This document shows positions 55,999 to 64,000 of a stretch of DNA of 64,000 nt, one piece after another (positions within the stretch are counted from its first letter, which is position 1; each line of letters starts with the position of its first letter). The DNA lies in NCBI GenBank assembly GCA_964016885.1, contig OZ024753.1, forward strand, positions 43,958,001 to 44,022,000. The letters run 5' to 3'. The position numbers and the translations under genes were made by a program. The notes under the pieces are model-generated. The model was not told the origin of the DNA, searched no databases, and saw nothing but the letters and a program-made list of their open reading frames with translations. The stretch comes from Eledone cirrhosa (taxonomy: Eukaryota).

Positions 55999-56497
55999 TT
56001 TAACTCTTTAGCATTTAAACCAGCCATATTCTCTCATCTCTTTCTGTTCAAACCAGCTGTATCTGGTCAGAATTCTCTCACCTCTTTCTGTTCAAACCAG
56101 CTATATCTGGTCAGAATTCTCTCACCTCTTTCTGTTCAAACTAGCCATAACTGACCCCTCATACCGACTTTAAAGTACTGTTCTCAAAATAAATAATATC
56201 AAAATCTCATAGATTCGATATTATGTGAGATAAAGCCTTTACTGTGAAAATATAATTGTTTCTACTTTTGGCACAAGGCCAGTAATTACCCAGTGTATTA
56301 CTGGTACTTTATTTTATCGACCCCATAAGGATGAAAGGCAAAGTTAACCTCGGCGGGATTTGAACTCAGAATGGCAAGGGTGTAACTCTATGCGTCAAAG
56401 CATGGCGTCCGACCCTCTACCGATACTGCCAATCCACCGCCCTTTACTGTGAAAATATAATAGTAAACATAGAGTAATGTAAAAGGTAAAGGGTTAA
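55999..56497 (+). mobile_element. piggyBac-like MITE interrupted by a full Meta-type SINE (56257-56441, minus)
   Basis: MITE ends ttaactctttagcattta / taaagggttaa; SINE TSD cctttactgtgaaaatataat at 56236-56256 and 56441-56461. Confidence 0.85.
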
Positions 56498-57021
56498 GAC
56501 AATTGGTTTTATATCATAGAACTAGGTGTAGTTTCAGGCAGTTTGATGTTAAAACAGCTAAAGAAATGTTTGTTTGTTTTTTCCAAATATCAGTGCTTAA
56601 TAAAGATGTTACAGCATGACATATATTGATGCCAGCCAGCAATAACCATTCCTACCATGACCACCTCAACCACACAACTATCTTCCCAACCAGTTTACAA
56701 CAATAAGCTTATTATTACATTACACAGCAGCTGTCTATTATTGTATTCAGTGAGTCTAATTTCTATTAATTAGATTTCTTTGGCAACCTTTTTTTTCTTC
56801 TCAATGTTTCTCTCCATTGTTCCTGATGTTTGTCGACAAAGTCAATCACTGGATGTCTCAACACTTTCATTGTTTTCACTGCACTCCACAGACTCTAGAT
56901 ATTGATTTATTACTAACCAATAGCTTATTTAGACACATATATACGTATTTATACATATATATTTATACATATATGTTTGCACATATAACTATGTGTGTGT
57001 GTGTATGTTTATATATCTATG

Positions 57022-57065
<44 letters not shown>

Positions 57066-57829
57066 GACATACACAAATATACAAACACACATATAAATAC
57101 ACACATACACACACACACATATATATATATAGAGATATATTTGTAACTGAGCCTAATCAATGAAAACATTATGTGAAACCTCATTTCGTTCTCAATAAAT
57201 ATATATATATATATACTTATATATATATATATATATATATACTTATATATACAGACACATATGTATCATCATTTTGCATCATCCACATTCCACACTATTA
57301 TAGGTTTGATGGGCTGTGTGTGTGAATGTGTGTACACACACTCACACACACATATTCAGTGCTGAATTAATTGTCGTAACAGTGGAGTTCTTTCTATTAA
57401 TCTAAACACCATAAAATGTCCTACATTTGATTAAAGACAAATTCAATGGCAAAGATGTCACCAATCTGTGTATTGAGAGGAAATGAACCCAATAGCATTT
57501 GTTGATTAGGAAAACATATTCATTATTGCATCACAGAGATATAGCTAAAATATCCTCTTCTTAAATTAACCATACAGATGCAGCAAAAAGGTTTTTCCCC
57601 CCTCAATACAACTTCTTCACTTATTGTATATGAGACTTGGTAACAAATTTAGTTGAGACAGGAAATGTGTGTATGGAAGGAGGGTTTAATAGAAATATTA
57701 TCATAACAGAATGCACTCAATATGCCCTCACCCATATAGTGGTGGGTGATTAGACAAAGCCAACATAGAGTGAAGCACACTCTGTGGTTCTATTGAATAC
57801 CTCACAACCTTTCTTGTGTTGGGGTTAGG

Positions 57830-58050
57830 ATAAAATGTCTCCAGTATATTCTGTAAAATAGTAGTGCTAGGGCCACAGTAAAATGCTCCCAGTACACTCT
57901 GTAAAGTGGTAGTATTGGTGCCACAATAAAATGCTCCCAGTACACTCTGTAAAGTGGTAGAGTTGGTACCACAATAACAAGCACCCAGTACACTCTGTAA
58001 AGCGGTAATGCTAGTGCCACAATAAAATGCTCCCAGTACACTCTGTAAAG
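57830..58050. repeat. 48-bp minisatellite related to the RTE/SINE 3'UTR unit
   Basis: gtaaagtggtagtattggtgccacaataaaatgctcccagtacactct resembles gtaaagtggacgtgtaggcgccacggaaaaagcacccagcactcact at 8262-8308. Confidence 0.75.
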
Positions 58051-59083
58051 GTGGCGGCAGCAACATTGATGTCGACACATTTCTGCATAATCAAAAGACA
58101 TTATTCACAATACATGTTTCCAATTGCCACTATAAGAATATTGAGGGTTTTTGATAACTTCTTTGTATATGAGAATTTAAACTTTCTTATATTCTACCAA
58201 ATAATTCCTTCTCTTTTATTTTTTAGTTAACATTTACAATTACATTTTCCATTTCTGAAGAAGTAACAATAGAACTTTAAAGTAGTTTCTCTTATCTATT
58301 ATTAAGATATCTCTTATATTAATTCTTCTATCTTAGTCAGCAACTAGCTATAGCTTGAAACTTAAATCATCCCCAGTAGATTTTAATATTTTCTCAATAT
58401 ATAATTTTTACTTATAGTCTCTGCTTTGATGATTTATTTTATTTTGGGTTTTGTTTTGTGGTGTGTGTGTGTGTGTGTATGTATATGTGTGTGTATGTAT
58501 ATTATGTGTATAAGTGTGTGTGCATGTGGGTGTGTATATGTATATGTGTGTATATGTGTATGTATCTATATGAGTATGTATGTGTGTGTATATATATGTG
58601 TATAAGTGTGTGTATGTATATGTGTGTGTATGTGTGTGGTGTCTTCTCACTATCTGTGTGTGTATGTGTGTGGTATGTCTCTCTGTGTATCTGTGTGTGT
58701 ATGTGTGTGGTGTCTCTCTATCTGCGTGTGTATGTGTGGTGTCTCTCTCTATCTGTGTGCGTATGTGTGTATGTCTGTGTTTTAGTTCTTACCCATAGAA
58801 TTAAACAATGATTAAATCAACAGTATTTAATATATTTGAAAAAAAATTTACGACTTACATGATTATCAAATATATTTAACCATCTTTGACACCATCCTAC
58901 TCATACAATTGACTTTGTTTCTATGAAACAAAACTATGTATTTTAAAGGTTAATTCTTAGTATTCTGCATAGCTCAGAGATTAGAGAGTTGCTCCTGATA
59001 GAGACACTACTTATCTAAATTGAAATATCTCGGCTCCAATATTAAGAAAATGTGGTTACGATGGCTAACCCTTTAGTATTCAC

Positions 59084-59836
59084 TCAGACTCAGAAGCTCC
59101 CACGTCTTGCGATGCATGAGGCAATCATAGTGTTCCACCGCGTTCGGTCAGCAGCCAGTTGCACAGCATCCCGCCATTGTCTGTTTGTCGCTCGCAGGTC
59201 CCTCTCAACTGTCTGGCGCCAGTTCATTTTGGGTCGCCCTCTCCGTCTGCTTCCCTGTGGGCTCCATTTAAGTACTTGGTTCGCCAGTCTCTCCGGAGGA
59301 AGTCTCAAAGCGTGCCCAAACCAGCCCAGGCGTCGCTTGCAGATGGCAGAAGAGACTAGCTGCTGGTTGGTGCGGTTCCTGACTTCCTGGTTTGTTACAT
59401 GGTCACTCCATTTAATCCCCAGGATCTTTCGCAGACACCTGTGTCAGGTCACCAGTTGGTGCTACTGGTAACATGTATCCCAGTACAACCTGTCTCATGG
59501 CCGGGTCGTTGGCGACTAAACTGGCAACCCCACCAAGGTTTCTTGGTGAGGAGGGTGACTTTGGACATCCTGCAGGACTAAAAGCAAAACCTGTCAAAGG
59601 GCAAAGGAGCTCTTAAGAGTCAATGGCCATCCAAAATCACCGGGAGAGATGACCCCTTAGCCTTTGTCAAGGCAGAATTCTAGGAGAAGGAAAACTCTGA
59701 TATAACACCTGCAACCCATCGGTTTGCAGTTATACCAGAGACTACTCCACTTACTGTCTCTTTACTAAATGTCAGTGGTTGGGCTTCAGGTTAGCGACCT
59801 GTTCCCGGAAAAACTCTCCTGCTACAAAAACAAACA
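59084..59836 (-). mobile_element. Bipartite (internally deleted) RTE element inserted in a piggyBac-like MITE (59066-60055)
   Basis: TSD tttag(t/c)attcac at 59072-59083 and 59837-59848. ORF remnant CLRKILGIKWSDHVTN...RRLGWFGHALRLPPERL...RRRGRPKMNW at 59090-59440, with a non-coding 5' part. Confidence 0.85.
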
Positions 59837-61106
59837 TTTAGCATTCACATTACTCTATATATACTGTTGTATTTTTATGGTAAAGGCTTTATCCCGCATA
59901 ATATCTCACGTAATATCAAATCTATGAGATTTTGATGTTCTTTATTTTGAGAACAATACCTTAACATAAGTATGAGTAGCAAGTTATGACCGGTTTGAAC
60001 AGAAAAAGGTGATAGAATTGTGGCCGGATATGACCGGTTTAAATGCTAAAGGGCTAAAGAAAGAATTGTTGGACAGATTTTATGGGCAAAACTAGCCGAT
60101 AAGAGACCCAGGGGTTGACTCTGAGCAAGATTATTGTATAACATCTATGAGCTTGGCTGGTCTCGTTTGGAGATACAGCAAGATCAGTTGGAGATGGTTG
60201 CTTTTGGCATGAAATGATGGAAGGAGGGTTTGAGGGCTCTGTCCCCCCCTTCCTAGGAATAAGTGGACAAAGTAGCAGAATTCTTAATATCCAGTATTGC
60301 TTAAAACAATGATGATAGTGATGACGACGAAACTGATGGTGATGATGCTGCATAATTGATTGTGATGTTGGGATGCTGATGAGGTGGTCGACTTATGATG
60401 ATGTTGATGATGATAGCGATTATGACGATTTTTAAATGCCTCGGGAGATGACTTTTACTATGTCTTCTTCAAAATTTTGGTTCGTCTGTATAAGAGACTT
60501 ATCTATTTAAAAACAAATATTGAAAAAAAAAATTTCTTTTTTCTCCTCCATTATTTTCCTCTTAGAAATAAGAAAAGAATGTCCTTTTTATCTAAGATGT
60601 CATATCTACGTTTCGTTTTTGTTCATTTGCTTTCTGCCATCAGCTGTACTTATCTGATTACATAGGAAGCATTTTACTCAACCTATCAATCCCCTATTGA
60701 ACTAATATTCTACAAGTTATTTAACTCAAGGAATAGAAACTTCTAAAGTTGGTTTCCTGTTGTTCTTTGAATTATATTTTGTTGTTTTTTTTACTTGGAG
60801 TTTTAAAGCTAATTTAGAAATAGATGTATTGTAACATTTATTCGACTTCCTCTTGCTGGCTCCAAGAAGCAAATGCTGAATCTAAATTTCTATCATAATT
60901 TTTTTGACTGGGAACATTCATTTATTTAAAAAAAATTGTTTCATGTCATTCAATGTTTTCTTGTTAGAAACTTTGGAAACAAAATCTCATGTGAAATATA
61001 TAACTTTATATACCTTGGGCACATACAAGAAGCTTTTAAAAATATTCCAATATGTATATGAACTAGGGTTTCCATAAAAATCTAACAGTTGTAGATACAC
61101 ACACAT

Positions 61107-61153
<47 letters not shown>

Positions 61154-61268
61154 CATATATATACACAGACATACATATATATACACAGACACATACATAT
61201 ATATATACATACACACATACATATATATATATACACAGAGACAAACATACATATATATATACACATAC

Positions 61269-61299
<31 letters not shown>

Positions 61300-61454
61300 T
61301 AAATATACACACACATACATACACATATATATACACACACATACATACACACACATACATAATTACACACACACACACACACATACACATACATACACAC
61401 ACATATTGTCTGTCCCAAACTTTTTTCTTCTTAACATTTGAAACTGATAGACTC

Positions 61455-61483
61455 AACCCTAACCCTAACCCTAACCCTAACCC
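61455..61483. repeat. Short (TAACCC)n telomere-like tract
   Basis: aaccctaaccctaaccctaaccctaaccc. Confidence 0.8.
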
Positions 61484-61544
61484 TTTTGAAACCAACTTTC
61501 CTGAAACCCTTTCTAGTTCTGTTGCAAAACTGTCCATTTTAAAG

Positions 61545-61652
61545 CATTCATCATCATCATTGTAATCATCATCATCACCATCATTGTAAGCATCATAATT
61601 ATCATCATCATCATCATCATCACGACCATCATCATTATCATCATCACCGTTG

Positions 61653-61685
<33 letters not shown>

Positions 61686-62047
61686 CCATCATTATCATCA
61701 CCATCATCATAATCATCATCACCACCATCATCATCACCATCACCATCATCATCACCATCACCATCATCATCACCACCATCATCACCACCACCATCATCAC
61801 CATCATTATCATCATCATCACCATCATCACCATCATTATCATCATCATCACCATCATCACCGTCATTATCACCATCACCACCACCACCACCATCATCACC
61901 ACCACCACCACCACCATCACCACCACCACCACCACCACCACCACCACCATCACCACCACCACCACCATCATCACCACCACCACCACCACCATCATCACCA
62001 CCACCACCACCACCACCACCACCACCACCACCACCACCATCACCACC

Positions 62048-62114
<67 letters not shown>

Positions 62115-62165
62115 CCATCATCATCACCATCGTCACCATCACCATTTTCATCATCATTTCATCAT
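61545..62165. repeat. (CAT/CAC)n tract grown from a retroposon (GAT)n tail
   Basis: Abuts cgtccatttttccatg (RTE/SINE 3' end, minus strand). Confidence 0.85.
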
Positions 62166-62352
62166 TTTTATCGTCCATTTTTCCATGTAACAAAGGTTGG
62201 AATTTCCCCCATAATTCTATAAAAACCATCTTTTGTTGTGTTCTAAACATCAGAGTTTAACGATTATTTTCAAAACCAATTGAAACACATTGAATGTATT
62301 TCAGGAGAAATATGGTCGTGAAAATGTTAAAGGTTGTTGCAAAAACGTAGCT

Positions 62353-62540
62353 TACGAGGGTCGACTGAAACATTCATAGGCTGACTATTAAAGATTGATG
62401 CTAGAGCTGTGAAATCTTGCATGCGTTAATTTCAAATCTTTATTAAAAACTGCATGGTTTCTTTCCAAGGACTATGTTGAAGAATAAACCTCATTTTGGT
62501 CATTCCAAGAGAGAATCTTGGTCATAGACTGACTATGAAA
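62353..62540 (+). mobile_element. Mariner-like MITE fragment
   Basis: Begins TA-CGAGGGTCGACTGAAA, a mariner-type terminus; the second TIR is not seen. Confidence 0.45.
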
Positions 62541-62544
62541 GAGT

Positions 62545-63865
62545 GATATTTGTGGTACTCGTGTATTAGTTGCAGTTATGGAAGCCTATATTTGTGGTAC
62601 TCGTGTATTAGTTGCAGTTATGGAAGCCTATATCTGTGGTACTAATGTATTAGTTGCAGTTATGGAAGCCTATATTTGTGGTACTCGTGTATTACTTGCA
62701 GTTATGGAAGCCTATATCTGTGGTACTCGTGTATTAGTTGCAGTTATGGAAGCCTATATTTGTGGTACTCGTGTATTACTTGCAGTTATGGAAGCCTATA
62801 TTTGTGGTACTAATGTATTACTTGCAGTTATGGAAGCCTATATTTGTGGTACTCGTGTATTAGTTGCAGTTATGGAAGCCTATATTTATGGTGCTAACGT
62901 ATTAGTTGCAGTTATGGAAGCCTATATTTGTGGTACTAATGTATTAGTTGCAGTTATGGAAGCCTATATTTGTGGTACTCGTGTATTAGTTGCAGTTATG
63001 GAAGCCTATATTTATGGTGCTAACGTATTAGTTGCAGTTATGGAAGCCTATATTTGTGGTACTAATGTATTAGTTGCAGTTATGGAAGCCTATATTTGTG
63101 GTACTAATGTATTAGTTGCAGTTATGGAAGCCTATATTTGTGGTACTCGTGTATTAGTTGCAGTTATGGAAGCCTATATTTATGGTGCTAACGTATTAGT
63201 TGCAGTTATGGAGACCTATATCTGTGGTACTAATGTATAAGTTGCAGTTATGGAAGCCTATATCTGTGGTACTAACGTATTAGTTGCAGTTATGGAAGCC
63301 TATATCTGTGGTACTCGTGTATTAGTTGCAGTTATGGAAGCCTATATCTGTGGTACTAATGTATTAGTTGCAGTTATGGAAGCCTATATCTGTGGTGCTA
63401 ACATATTAGTTGCAGTTATGGAAGCCTATATCTGTGGTACTCGTGTATTAGTTGCAGTTATGGAAGCCTATATCTGTGGTACTAACGTATTAGTTGCAGT
63501 TATGGAAGCCTATATTTGTGGTTCTAACGTATTAGTTGCAGTTATGGAGACCTATATCTGTGGTACTAATGTATAAGTTGCAGTTATGGAAGCCTATATC
63601 TGTGGTACTAATGTATTAGTTGCAGTTATGGAAGCCTATATCTGTGGTACTAATGTATAAGTTGCAGTTATGGAAGCCTATATCTGTGGTACTAATGTAT
63701 TAGTTGCAGTTATGGAGACCTATATCTGTGGTACTCGTGTATTAGTTGCAGTTATGGAAGCCTATATTTGTGGTTCTAATGTATAAGTTGCAGTTATAGA
63801 AGCCTATATTTGTGGTTCTAATGTATAAGTTGCAATTATGAAGGCCTATATTCGTAATGCTAATG
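62545..63865. repeat. 42-bp minisatellite, ~31 units
   Basis: Unit gtattagttgcagttatggaagcctatatttgtggtact(cgt/aat); some units carry an in-frame TAA. Confidence 0.97.
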
Positions 63866-64000
63866 TATTTTTCCTCTTCCGTTCTGCCGTTCTGGTTTAT
63901 TGTAAAGCCTCCCATATTCTACTCTAATCAATTAATTAATGAAGAATTTGGAAGGCTTTACTAAAATTAATTATTTCATTAAGATGGCATTTATAACACA

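Noticed and set aside
61455-61483. Telomere or chromosome fusion site
   Set aside because: Only ~5 units, internal, with no inverted counterpart.
62578-63576. (MEAYICGTRVLVAV)n repeat protein
   Set aside because: 42-bp minisatellite with in-frame TAA in several units and no unique coding flanks.

Overview
AT-rich, gene-free eukaryotic window. The repeat repertoire (tRNA-derived Meta- and CORE-type SINEs, RTE/CR1 LINE tails, very long (TA)n/(CA)n/(ACC)n tracts) suggests a coleoid cephalopod, probably Octopus; this is an inference. I found no credible host exon. Nearly all ORFs in the track are simple-repeat read-throughs, and the only real coding remnants are LINE C-termini, a DD37D (maT) transposase and a Merlin transposase. 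The main signal is not in the ORF track: about 17 type-I hammerhead ribozyme motifs (CUGANGA-stemII-GAAA-stemIII-NUH-stemI), from about 10 sequence-divergent families. Each lies in a 100-500 bp island inserted into a (TA)n microsatellite. Many islands are fold-back palindromes whose turn-around point lies at the ribozyme 5' edge, and several have AATAAA downstream. This fits Penelope-like element ends or retrozyme-like elements. One family carries a recurrent non-canonical CAGAAGA core. Also seen: a unique G:U-containing pre-miRNA-like hairpin, a bipartite RTE, a trimeric SINE in one TSD and several TE-derived minisatellites. All coordinates were read by eye and element edges may be off by a few nt.
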